Below, one piece after another: positions 52,247 to 61,229 of a stretch of 64,000 nucleotides of DNA. Origin of the DNA: a bacterium (GTDB taxonomy: Bacteria; Patescibacteriota; Minisyncoccia; Sungbacterales; SURF-37); assembly GCA_030648055.1 (NCBI GenBank), contig JAUSHI010000002.1, positions 178 to 64,177 of the forward strand, read 5' to 3'. Every line of letters starts with the position of its first letter. The stretch's first letter is position 1. The translations under genes were made by a program, and so were the position numbers. The notes below the pieces were generated by a model, which was given only the letters and a program-made list of their open reading frames with translations, searched no databases and was not told the origin of the DNA.

Positions 52247-53395
52247 ATGACTCTGTTGCAAAGAATTATAATTCCGGCGATAAGCGTTTTTATTTTGGAG
52301 ACTTTGGCCGTTCTTTCTTTGGTCAGGACTTATCCGCAAAAAGGGCAAAGAGAATTGGAAACTCCGTCGGTTGTAACTGGAATAGCGACAACAGCAGAAA
52401 CCGCGACAACAACGCCTGCGGTTAAAACAGAAGTTGGACTCTTAGCCACGACAACAAAAACAGTTACCGAAAAACCGCGAATTGCGGAAAAAAGGGTTGC
52501 GCCACCCAAAATACTCACGCCATCCCCAGCGCTTCCTCCGCGGGCATTCCCGGAAGAAATTGCGATGACAACCCGGCCGGAGGCCGCGACAACAATACCC
52601 GCCGTTCCAGAGATCAAAGTTCCGCCGATTGATGAGGAAGAATTAATGCGGGCGGCGGTAAGAATTAGATGCGGGCGCGTATATGGTTCCGGCTTTGTTG
52701 TAACTCCGGACGGCCTTGTTCTAACCGCCGCGCATGTTCTTATGGGTGCGATTGAGTCCAATACCGCGACCTGCGACGTAATTTTTCCAAGAAAGCATCC
52801 GGAATTCGGATATTACCACGAAACGTACTATAGAACAGGAACAATACTTGACCCACAGCAGATTAAAAAGTTTTATACCGAGCAGGGTTTTGATGTCGCG
52901 GTATTAAAAGCCTCACTTCTTGAAAATGATCCGGTTTTTCAAAATGAACTTCCTTATGTAAAATATCCTTTTTGCGGTGCGGATACGTTAGACGACAAAA
53001 TTTTACTTTTCGGATACGCGGCCAATATCGGCACTTCCCCTGGTTTTCTGGGTTCAATTTTGTCGCGTTTTGGAGGCGCGGTTTTGCAATACGGCGATGT
53101 AACGGGAGTTAGAAAAGAGATATCACAGATTTATTCCGGCGGATATGACTATTTTCCTGATTTCGCATATACTTTGGACGCAACTCTTTCGCATTCAACT
53201 GTAATAATTTATAGTAATAATAATTTCGCGGGCGCATCCGGCGGACTGGTGTTTGATACTTCAAAAAATTGCATCATCGGCGCAAACAGCGCGATAGGAA
53301 CGATTGTCGGAGATCCGCGGGTATTTGGCTTTATATCCAATTTTGAGATTGGCGCGGTATCAGCATGGCGCAAAACGCTCGAGAGCGCGCAATAA
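52247..53395 (+). CDS. trypsin-like serine peptidase (S1 family), membrane-anchored
   Basis: N-terminal TM helix and a T/P-rich linker. Catalytic-triad contexts are LTAAHV (His), DVAVLK (Asp) and GASGG (Ser). Confidence 0.75.
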   Translation: MTLLQRIIIPAISVFILETLAVLSLVRTYPQKGQRELETPSVVTGIATTAETATTTPAVKTEVGLLATTTKTVTEKPRIAEKRVAPPKILTPSPALPPRAFPEEIAMTTRPEAATTIPAVPEIKVPPIDEEELMRAAVRIRCGRVYGSGFVVTPDGLVLTAAHVLMGAIESNTATCDVIFPRKHPEFGYYHETYYRTGTILDPQQIKKFYTEQGFDVAVLKASLLENDPVFQNELPYVKYPFCGADTLDDKILLFGYAANIGTSPGFLGSILSRFGGAVLQYGDVTGVRKEISQIYSGGYDYFPDFAYTLDATLSHSTVIIYSNNNFAGASGGLVFDTSKNCIIGANSAIGTIVGDPRVFGFISNFEIGAVSAWRKTLESAQ

Positions 53396-53441
53396 GGTTT
53401 AACAATAGTTTAAACGGATAATATTAAACCTCACCACGCTA

Positions 53442-53479
53442 AATACGCTTTAATATGCTATAGCATATTAAAGCGTATT
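53442..53479. repeat. 38-bp perfect palindrome upstream of ddl
   Basis: AATACGCTTTAATATGCTA|TAGCATATTAAAGCGTATT, ending 20 nt before the ddl ATG. Confidence 0.85.
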
Positions 53480-53499
53480 GTTTGCAACAATCTTCAAAT

Positions 53500-54483
53500 A
53501 TGAAGAAAAAATCTAATAAAAAAATTCGCCTCGCGGTTATTATGGGTAGTGCGTCCAGTGAGCACGAAGTATCGCTTGCGACTGGGCGCGAGGTCTTAAA
53601 GAATCTTGACCGGAAAAAATATATTCCGCGTTCAATTGTGATTTCAAAAAAGAACCGATGGTTTATCGGGAAAGCGTGGTTTAGCCCCTCCAAAGCTTTG
53701 CGCGGGGTTGATGTTGTTTTTAACGCGATGCACGGCGAATACGGTGAGGACGGCAGGGCGCAGAAACTTTTTGAATTTTACGGAGTGCCGTATACCGGCT
53801 CGGGAGTTGAGGCGTCAGTTCTCGGGATGAATAAATTCGCGAGCCGGAAGATTTTCGCGGCGCGGGGATTAATTACGCCCAAAACACTTTGCTTCACAAA
53901 AAAAGAATATCTCGCCGGTAAAAAAGTGGTAAAGGCCAAGATTTTGAAGACCTACAAAAATGGCTTGTGCGTAATTAAGCCGGTAAGTTGCGGTTCAAGT
54001 GTCGGCGTTTCCGTGGTGAATAATCCGCAAAAAATTGAAGCGGGGTTGCGCCTTGCTTTTGCGCTGGATAGCGGTGTTCTTGTTGAAGAATATCTTAACG
54101 GGCGGGAGCTTACCGTGCCTGTTTTAGAAAAGAAACGGGGTAAACCGAAGGCCTTACCTGTTATTGAAATCAGGCCGCGAAAAGGAAACTTTTTTGATTA
54201 TAAAGAAAAATATAGCGCCGGCGGAGCGGAGGAAATAGTTCCCGCGCGGCTTTCCAAGGGGGAGCGCGAAAAAGTCGTGATGGCCGCGCTTGTTGCCCAT
54301 AAAGCGCTTGAATGCCGCGGGTATTCAAGGGCGGATTTTATTCTCGTAAAAGGCGTTCCCTATATTCTTGAAATTAACACTCTACCGGGCTTAACAAGCA
54401 ATTCTCTTTTTCCAAAATCGGCGAAAAAAGCAGGCATTGCCTTTTCAAAGCTATTGGATATACTTGTTGCGAGCGCACTTTAA
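53500..54483 (+). CDS. ddl: D-alanine--D-alanine ligase
   Basis: FNAMHGEYGEDGRAQKLFEFYGVPYTGSG, the ATP-grasp core, and C-terminal ILEINTLPGLT. Confidence 0.92.
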   Translation: MKKKSNKKIRLAVIMGSASSEHEVSLATGREVLKNLDRKKYIPRSIVISKKNRWFIGKAWFSPSKALRGVDVVFNAMHGEYGEDGRAQKLFEFYGVPYTGSGVEASVLGMNKFASRKIFAARGLITPKTLCFTKKEYLAGKKVVKAKILKTYKNGLCVIKPVSCGSSVGVSVVNNPQKIEAGLRLAFALDSGVLVEEYLNGRELTVPVLEKKRGKPKALPVIEIRPRKGNFFDYKEKYSAGGAEEIVPARLSKGEREKVVMAALVAHKALECRGYSRADFILVKGVPYILEINTLPGLTSNSLFPKSAKKAGIAFSKLLDILVASAL

Positions 54484-54511
54484 AAACAAAGGCAGAAGAA
54501 GGAGGGCATAA

Positions 54512-55363
54512 ATGAAGATTCTGAAATTCCCATGGGAAGCGGGGGGCGGGGCGAAAAGCATCGGTTCAAGTTACGGGCCTGATGCGATTGAGACCCAGTT
54601 CAATAAGTACCCGTGGCGGTGTTCTGAAAGCGGAGTTCCGGCGCGTGATGTTCAGTTTTTGGATGTAAAGGCCGTGCAGAGCAGTTCAATGCATCGAGCG
54701 TTCGGGGTTGGGGTACAAGCTATTCTTAACCATGAATCTTCGCTCGCCGTGCTTTCCGGAGATAATTCGTGCAGTTTTTACACGGTAATGAACGTTGCCA
54801 AGCGCTTTCCAGACCCGCAACTTGTGGTGCTGGACGCGCATCTTGATGCTTGCGATACCAAACACGACGCGCACGCGAGCTGGGTGCGGCGGCTTTGGGA
54901 GAACGACATCGTGCGTCCGGAGAAAACCATTTTTTTTGGAATTCGCGACGCTGAAGCCGAGGAGCTCTCTTACGCGAAAGAGAAGGGGGCAATTATTTAT
55001 CTATGCCGAAATCTCTTCATCAATGCTGATATGGCGCGCATTGTTTTGGGGCTTGAGACCACCATGCGCGTTGATACGTCTTCAGCTCTTATACTGGTTG
55101 TTGATATAGATGTGGTTGACCCCTCGCAGGCGCCAGCTACTGGAGTGCTACGCGCCCCCGGCCTTGATCTTAGACAGGTCCTTTCTATTATCCGTGCCTT
55201 TGGTGAGCTTCATTTTCCAGTGAAAGTTGGCGAGATTTGCGAAGTGATTCCCGAAGAGGGGAATATGATGCGGCCGCCGTGCGACAAGCGCCCGGACCCC
55301 ACGGGACTCACTGTGCTTGCCACGGAGGCCATTCTTCGGGAAATGATTTGTTCTTTTGCTTAA
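54512..55363 (+). CDS. arginase/agmatinase/formiminoglutamase-family (ureohydrolase) protein
   Basis: DAHLDACD and VVDIDVVDP metal motifs are present. The usual GGDHS is SGDNS here. Confidence 0.7.
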   Translation: MKILKFPWEAGGGAKSIGSSYGPDAIETQFNKYPWRCSESGVPARDVQFLDVKAVQSSSMHRAFGVGVQAILNHESSLAVLSGDNSCSFYTVMNVAKRFPDPQLVVLDAHLDACDTKHDAHASWVRRLWENDIVRPEKTIFFGIRDAEAEELSYAKEKGAIIYLCRNLFINADMARIVLGLETTMRVDTSSALILVVDIDVVDPSQAPATGVLRAPGLDLRQVLSIIRAFGELHFPVKVGEICEVIPEEGNMMRPPCDKRPDPTGLTVLATEAILREMICSFA

Positions 55364-55422
55364 GTTTAGTAAGTTAGCAAGCCCTTTATATAGGGCTTTT
55401 TTAATAGAATATGCATAAATAC

Positions 55423-55450
55423 TTGACAAATTTTGTCAGTTTGCTATAAT
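55423..55450 (+). promoter_or_regulatory. near-consensus sigma-70 promoter with palindromic -35 region
   Basis: TTGACA-N16-TATAAT. TGACAAATTTTGTCA forms an imperfect palindrome over the -35 region. Confidence 0.65.
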
Positions 55451-55482
55451 GTGGTTAAAATTCGTAGCATTAGGAAGGGAGA

Positions 55483-55686
55483 GTGGAAACCGTGGAGTTG
55501 ACAATGGATGGTCATGTTGTCGGCGAGTGCGATGAGGACATTTTCGAGATCGTGGTGGCCTACTTGGCCGATGGGCGTTCGCAGGCAGATGTCGCCAAGG
55601 AGCTTCTGGCCTCCGGCGTTCCGCATGCGCTTGATGTTGTTGTGAACGCAAAGCGTGTGCTCAAGGAGCGCGGTATCCTGGTGTAA
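55483..55686 (+). CDS. small acidic hypothetical protein (67 aa), G+C-rich cassette gene 1
   Basis: GTG start preceded by AGGAAGGGAGA. High third-position G+C. Confidence 0.5.
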   Translation: METVELTMDGHVVGECDEDIFEIVVAYLADGRSQADVAKELLASGVPHALDVVVNAKRVLKERGILV

Positions 55687-55719
55687 CAACATCCACGCGA
55701 GAGAAAGGTGGTGAATGCC

Positions 55720-55929
55720 ATGCAGATTCGCAGACAGCTTCGTGCAAGTTCGGATGCGTTCGCCAAGGACCGCCGGCTCGCGGTGTGCCCCGAGGAGAAC
55801 ACGCACCGCGGACTCGGCAAGGTGTGCGGACTCGGGTACACTCATTCCAAGTATGTCCGCACGCGTTTCAAGTCCCGCGCGCGGCACCACGGGACGGCGC
55901 CACGCCACACCAAGAAGGGCGGCCAGTAG
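55720..55929 (+). CDS. small basic hypothetical protein (69 aa), G+C-rich cassette gene 2
   Basis: The ATG is preceded by AAAGGTGG. Of the three overlapping plus-strand frames, this one has the strong third-position G/C bias. Confidence 0.45.
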   Translation: MQIRRQLRASSDAFAKDRRLAVCPEENTHRGLGKVCGLGYTHSKYVRTRFKSRARHHGTAPRHTKKGGQ

Positions 55930-56304
55930 TCTGTCGCAAAAGGGGATCATGCACCCCCGGCGCTCAAAGACCAAACGGTCAATGAGCGTCATTTTTATTT
56001 ATTCGTCTAAATTTTTATAGAGTATCAAATATTCTTGTTGGTCTAATTCGCGCGAATAGTGGAATAAGACCGGATGTAAATAAAATTTAGCAACAAATAA
56101 ATAGCCCAGCCCTCTATGCTCTCAGAAATACCGCTAGTTTCTAAAAGCGCGTAAATATTTTTGCTATGTAATATTATATTGCAAACTGCTTAGAGGGCTG
56201 GGTGAACAACCGCGTATACCGCAAGCTTGTGTGATATCGCATCGCTTGCGGTGCAGTTGTTCATTGTTTCAAAAGATGTTATTTTTGTTAGGTACTCGCA
56301 ATTT

Positions 56305-57738
56305 ATGGAACGCGTTTTAATAAAAGAAACATTGGCAAAGATCGGGGAAAAAGTCCGCTTGGCGGGCTGGGTTTCGGTCAGGCGCAATCACGGAAAAATT
56401 ATTTTTATTGACCTCCGCGATCGCTCGGGGGTTTTTCAGGTTGTTTTTACGCCTAAAAATGCGGAAGTGTACGCAATTGCCGAGACGCTTCGTCCGGAAT
56501 GGGTGATTGCCGTTGAAGGAATAGTTCAAAAGAGGCCGAGCGGCATGGAAAACGCCGAACTTGAAACCGGTCAGATTGAACTTCCTGCCGAAAGTATTGA
56601 AATATTGAACAAGGCCGAAACAGTGCCTTTTGATATTCACGGCGACGGAAAAGAAATTGAAGAGGAGGTCCGCCTTAAATATCGCTATATTGACCTTCGG
56701 AGGCCGCGGTTGCAAAAGAATATGCGGAATCGCGCCAAGGCTATTAAGTTTATACGCGATTATCTTTCGCCGTTGGATTTTGTTGAAATTGAAACGCCGG
56801 TTTTATCCAAGTCCACTCCTGAAGGCGCGCGCGATTACCTTGTGCCTTCACGGGTTCACTTGGGAAAATTTTACGCTCTTCCGCAATCTCCCCAACAATA
56901 TAAACAGCTTCTAATGGTGTCTTGTTTTGAGCGGTATTTTCAGATCGCGCGTTGTTTCCGGGACGAAGATACGCGTGGAGACAGACAGCCGGAGTTTACA
57001 CAACTTGATCTGGAAATGAGTTTTGTTAAGAGGGAAGACGTGATGGACTTGATTGAAGACATGTTCATTAAGCTTGTCGGTTCACTTTATCCGGAAAAGC
57101 GCATTCAAAAAATTCCTTTCCCCCGCATTTCACACAAAGAAGCAATGGAAAAATACGGTACAGATCGGCCAGACTTGAGGGAGGATAAAAATGACCCAAA
57201 TCTTCTTGCCTTCGGGTGGGTGATTGATTTTCCGTTTTTTGAAAAAGTTGAAGATGAGCGAAGTCTAAAGCTATCTGACGATGGCTCGGCTAAATGGACA
57301 TTTACCCACAATCCTTTCTCGGCTCCCAAGCCGGAGCATATGGAGTGGCTTATAGAGAAAAAGAATATCGGTGAAATTCTTACTACGCAATATGATATCG
57401 TGCTTAACGGCTATGAAGTAGGCGGGGGAAGCATTCGTAATCATCAGCCGGAGGCGCTTAAAAAAGTTTTTGAGATTATGGGTTTTTCCGAAGAGCGGAT
57501 TATGGCCAATTTCGGGCATATGATCCAGGCGCTTGCTTTCGGGGCTCCGCCCCACGGCGGAATTGCTCCGGGAATTGATCGGCTTATTATGATATTGGAA
57601 AACGAGCCGAATATCCGCGAGGTAATCGCGTTTCCGAAAACCGGAGACGCCAGGGATCCGATGATGGACGGGCCATCGGAAGTTTCTAAGGAACAGCTGA
57701 AGGAACTCGGCATTAAGTTTGAAAAGGAGAAAAAGTAA
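56305..57738 (+). CDS. aspS: aspartate--tRNA ligase (bacterial-type core, lacks the GAD insertion)
   Basis: GWVSVRRNHGKIIFIDLRDRSG, QSPQQYKQLLM, FRDEDTRGDRQPEFTQLD, GGIAPGIDRL. RPDLR is followed almost directly by WVIDFPFFE. Confidence 0.93.
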   Translation: MERVLIKETLAKIGEKVRLAGWVSVRRNHGKIIFIDLRDRSGVFQVVFTPKNAEVYAIAETLRPEWVIAVEGIVQKRPSGMENAELETGQIELPAESIEILNKAETVPFDIHGDGKEIEEEVRLKYRYIDLRRPRLQKNMRNRAKAIKFIRDYLSPLDFVEIETPVLSKSTPEGARDYLVPSRVHLGKFYALPQSPQQYKQLLMVSCFERYFQIARCFRDEDTRGDRQPEFTQLDLEMSFVKREDVMDLIEDMFIKLVGSLYPEKRIQKIPFPRISHKEAMEKYGTDRPDLREDKNDPNLLAFGWVIDFPFFEKVEDERSLKLSDDGSAKWTFTHNPFSAPKPEHMEWLIEKKNIGEILTTQYDIVLNGYEVGGGSIRNHQPEALKKVFEIMGFSEERIMANFGHMIQALAFGAPPHGGIAPGIDRLIMILENEPNIREVIAFPKTGDARDPMMDGPSEVSKEQLKELGIKFEKEKK

Positions 57739-57745
57739 AACTCGC

Positions 57746-57777
57746 ACATTCTCACATTCTTGAGAATGTGAGAATGT
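57746..57777. repeat. palindrome family copy (acattctcacattcttGagaatgtgagaatgt)
   Basis: 32-nt palindrome 8 nt after the aspS stop. Confidence 0.85.
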
Positions 57778-57844
57778 CAGTTCTGTGTTTTTTGTTTGTT
57801 TACTTTTGGTAGTGGCGCGAATTTTAAAATAAATAACTCCAAAA

Positions 57845-58555
57845 ATGACGCACATCGTTAAGCAGGAAAAATTTGAAGGGCCGCTTGAGCTTTTACTTGA
57901 GCTTATTCAGAAAGAAAAACTTTCTATAAACGAGGTTTCTCTAGCCAGGGTTACCGATCAATATGTTTCAGAGATAGAGAAGCTTGCCCGAGAGGGCCGC
58001 ATTGATCAGGAGGCGCTGGCGGAATTTTTAGTTATTGCTGGCGAGCTTCTTTTGATAAAATCCAGGAGCCTTCTTCCTGAATACGCGCAAACTTCGGAGG
58101 AGCAGGCATCAGTTGAAGAATTGGCAAGCCGGCTTGCCGCACTCAAGCGCATACGCGATGCTTCTCAGGAGCTCGGCAAATTAGGGCGGAGGCGGCAGTT
58201 TATTTTTTCGCGGGAGCCGTATTTGGGAATTGATCCGGTTTTTTATCCGCCGGAAAAGTTTTACGTGGACAATCTTCGGGTTGCTTTCTTAAAAGTGTAT
58301 GAGGCCCTGCCTAAGCTCGAAAAGCTCGTGGAGGAAAAAATACAGCGTATTGTGTCCATGGAAGAAAAGATTAAAGAATTGCAGGAATTGTTTACGGCTA
58401 AAGTAGAGCGACTTTTTTCCGAAGTTATTAAGGGCGGGAAGGAAAAAGCCGAAATCATCGTGAGTTTTTTGGCAATTTTGGAATTAGCCAAGCAGAAGTT
58501 GTTTGAACTTGATCAGGATAAAATTTTCGGCGATATTCGTATTCGTAAAATCTGA
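57845..58555 (+). CDS. scpA: segregation and condensation protein A
   Basis: FEGPLELLLELIQKEKLSINEVSLARVTDQY. Confidence 0.85.
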   Translation: MTHIVKQEKFEGPLELLLELIQKEKLSINEVSLARVTDQYVSEIEKLAREGRIDQEALAEFLVIAGELLLIKSRSLLPEYAQTSEEQASVEELASRLAALKRIRDASQELGKLGRRRQFIFSREPYLGIDPVFYPPEKFYVDNLRVAFLKVYEALPKLEKLVEEKIQRIVSMEEKIKELQELFTAKVERLFSEVIKGGKEKAEIIVSFLAILELAKQKLFELDQDKIFGDIRIRKI

Positions 58556-58561
58556 TTTTTT

Positions 58562-59131
58562 ATGGACACAAAACAATCGCTTGAAAGCATTTTATTTTTA
58601 CAGGGTGAGCCGATTTCTGTTGAGCGGCTTTCAAAATTGACGGGCAAAAAGAAAGAGCAAATTTTAAAGTCCTTGGAAGAGCTTTGCGAGGAATACAAAG
58701 AGCGGGGGATAGTCGTTATGGAAAAAAACGGCGAGTGGCAGTTTGGAACGAACCCGGCGTGCCGTGAACTGGCGGAAAAGTTCGTAAAAAGCGAGTTTAC
58801 GGGAGAGCTGACCAAAGCCGCGCTTGAGACCATAGCCATAGTCGCTTATAAGGGGCCTTTGACGAGGGCCGAGATTGAATATATCCGAGGTGTTAATTCA
58901 TCGTTCATTGTCAGGAATCTTTTGATGCGCGGACTTGTTTCGCGCAAAGAAAACCCGAAGGACGCCAGGTCGTTTATATACGAAGTAAGTTTTGATTTTT
59001 TGAAGTATTTTGGATTGACGCGGATGGAAGATTTGCCGCAATACGCGGAACTTTCCAAAAAAGAAATAGCCATACCTGAAGCGGAAGACATAGAAGTGCC
59101 GCAAAAAAATTCTTCAAGTCAACAAGTATAA
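58562..59131 (+). CDS. scpB: segregation and condensation protein B
   Basis: LESILFLQGEPISVERL...TKAALETIAIVAYKGPLTRAEIEYIRGV. Confidence 0.85.
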   Translation: MDTKQSLESILFLQGEPISVERLSKLTGKKKEQILKSLEELCEEYKERGIVVMEKNGEWQFGTNPACRELAEKFVKSEFTGELTKAALETIAIVAYKGPLTRAEIEYIRGVNSSFIVRNLLMRGLVSRKENPKDARSFIYEVSFDFLKYFGLTRMEDLPQYAELSKKEIAIPEAEDIEVPQKNSSSQQV

Positions 59132-60102
59132 TGACATTCGCTTCGGAACACAAAAAGAGTATTTTAATCCTTCTCGTTTTGGCGGGCGTTTTTATTTTTG
59201 TCTCCGCTTTATTTGAATTCGCGCCAGCGGAGTATAAATCCAAGGCAGTTGGGGTAAGAGAGCCCAAAAAAACGCTCGCCACACTTCTGCGCATAAATTC
59301 CAATCCGCCGCCGTTCGTTTTGGCCGAATCGGTATTTGTGGAACGGCTTTTATCGCACGAAGTGATATTCGCCAAAAACGAAGATAAGACCTTCGCGCCC
59401 GCAAGCTTGGCTAAGCTTATGACCGCACTTCTATATGTTGAAGGAATGTCTTCGCTTGATTTGGTATCAATTTCGGAAGATGCAAAATCTGTCTTGCAAA
59501 GCGATGAAAAGAGATCGCGCGTAGACGCGGGGCAGGCCATTAAAAGCGAGGACCTTCTTAAGCTGATGGTCGCCGAATCCGACAATGATGCCGCTTACGC
59601 GGCCGCTGATGTCTTGGTGCAGAGAAGGGAGACGGCTTTGAAAGATGCGGATTTTGAGGCGCGCATTCATCGTTTTGTTTTTCTTATGAATCAGAGGGGT
59701 GAGGTGCTTGGCCTAAAAAATACTAATTTTACCAATCCGGCCGGCAAGGATGAGGCGGAAAATTATTCAAGCGCTCGGGATTTAGCGCGGATAGCGGAGG
59801 AAATTTTTATAAGGTCACCCCAAATTTGGGACACCTCCAGAATAATTGAAGGGGAAATTTATTCAGAAGACGGCGGGAAGTATCACTTTGAAAATACGGA
59901 TGTTTTGCTTAAAGAATTTCCCGCGCTTTTTGGCTCAAAAACCGGCTTTACGGATGAAGCCGCCGGGGCGCTGATACTGCTCTATGAACTCGCACCCCGT
60001 GATCCGATTGTCGTGGTTATTTTGAAAAGCAACGAGCGCTTTAACGATGGCCGCGCTATTTTGAGATGGCTTGATGATTCTTTTAGGATACAATCTAAGT
60101 AA
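59131..60102 (+). CDS. D-alanyl-D-alanine carboxypeptidase (S11, PBP5-like)
   Basis: SxxK (ASLAKLMT), SxN (ESDND) and KTG (GSKTGFT). Confidence 0.8.
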   Translation: MTFASEHKKSILILLVLAGVFIFVSALFEFAPAEYKSKAVGVREPKKTLATLLRINSNPPPFVLAESVFVERLLSHEVIFAKNEDKTFAPASLAKLMTALLYVEGMSSLDLVSISEDAKSVLQSDEKRSRVDAGQAIKSEDLLKLMVAESDNDAAYAAADVLVQRRETALKDADFEARIHRFVFLMNQRGEVLGLKNTNFTNPAGKDEAENYSSARDLARIAEEIFIRSPQIWDTSRIIEGEIYSEDGGKYHFENTDVLLKEFPALFGSKTGFTDEAAGALILLYELAPRDPIVVVILKSNERFNDGRAILRWLDDSFRIQSK

Positions 60103-60110
60103 AGAATAAT

Positions 60111-61181
60111 ATGAACGAGACGGAAATAATTTTAAACGTTGTTAAAGTTTTCGGCCTTGCGGCGGTGAGTTTTTTTATCGCTCTTCTTTGGACGCCGCTT
60201 TTGACGCACATTCTTTATAAATATCGCCTTTGGAGAAAAGAAGCGCGAACTACCGCACCTGACGGCTCGGCCACTCCGCTTTTTCACGAGCTTCATAAGG
60301 AGCGGGAAGTAAGGGCTCCGCGCATGGGCGGGCTTTTAATTTGGGTGACGACGATTTTTGTCGCTTTCGCGGTGTTAATTCTCGCGGATATGACCGGAAG
60401 CTCATTTCTTTCAAAGCTTAATTTTGTAAGCCGAAATCAGACATGGCTTCCGCTTTTTACGCTTTTTGCCGCCGCTATGCTCGGTCTGGTTGATGACTTT
60501 CTTCAGGTGTTCCATAGGGGCGGGTATGTCGCTGGAGGGCTGGCGTTTTGGAAACGGCTTTTTGTTGTTTTTATAATCGCCTGCGTGGGTGCTTACTGGT
60601 TTTATTTCCGGCTTGGCCAGCATTCAGTTTTTATTCCATGGTTCGGGGACATTGAAATAGGGATTTTATTTATCCCGTTTTTTATCACGACCATGTTCGC
60701 GACGTTTTCAACGGGAGTTATTGACGGGCTGGACGGCCTTGCCGGAGGCGTTTTTGCCTCCATTTTTGCCGCATACGGCGGCATTGCTTTCTTTCAAAAT
60801 CAAATTGACCTTGCGGCTTTTTCTGCCGTACTTTTGGGCTCACTTTTAGCGTTTTTATGGTTTAATATTCCGCCGGCGAGATTTTATATGGGAGAAACGG
60901 GGATATTGGGTTTGACCACAACACTTACCGTTATTGCATTTTTGACTAATTCGGTTATTGTTTTGCCGATTATCGCTATTGTTCCGGTAGTTGAGGCCAT
61001 GTCGGTAATAATTCAGCTTGGCTCAAAACGGTTTTTTGGGAGGAAAATATTTTTAATTGCACCCCTGCATCATCATTTTGAAGCCATCGGCTGGCCACAT
61101 TATAAAATCACTATGCGGTTTTGGGTCATCAGTTTCGTATTCGCAATGATGGGAATGGTTATAGCGCTCATCGGGCGCTAA
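60111..61181 (+). CDS. mraY: phospho-N-acetylmuramoyl-pentapeptide transferase
   Basis: 10-TM layout, DDFLQV, DGLDGLA, and APLHHHFE near the C-terminus. Confidence 0.93.
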   Translation: MNETEIILNVVKVFGLAAVSFFIALLWTPLLTHILYKYRLWRKEARTTAPDGSATPLFHELHKEREVRAPRMGGLLIWVTTIFVAFAVLILADMTGSSFLSKLNFVSRNQTWLPLFTLFAAAMLGLVDDFLQVFHRGGYVAGGLAFWKRLFVVFIIACVGAYWFYFRLGQHSVFIPWFGDIEIGILFIPFFITTMFATFSTGVIDGLDGLAGGVFASIFAAYGGIAFFQNQIDLAAFSAVLLGSLLAFLWFNIPPARFYMGETGILGLTTTLTVIAFLTNSVIVLPIIAIVPVVEAMSVIIQLGSKRFFGRKIFLIAPLHHHFEAIGWPHYKITMRFWVISFVFAMMGMVIALIGR

Positions 61182-61200
61182 GACACGCGGCGCGTGAAAG

Positions 61201-61228
61201 AAATATAAAAAGTGTCACAGAAAATAAG
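61201..61228 (+). repeat. direct repeat, left copy, flanking the CPBP gene
   Basis: AAATATAAAAAGTGTCACAGAAAATAAG versus 61591-61618 AAATATAAAAAGTGTCATAGGTAATAAG (25/28). Confidence 0.8.
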
Positions 61229-61229
61229 T

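Noticed and set aside
55444-55992. Minus-strand 182-aa ORF and the alternative plus frames 55715..56020 and 55785..55985
   Set aside because: There is no RBS, and the composition is Arg-rich. The chosen plus-strand frames have RBSs, a consensus promoter and the third-position G/C bias. This remains uncertain without homology searches.
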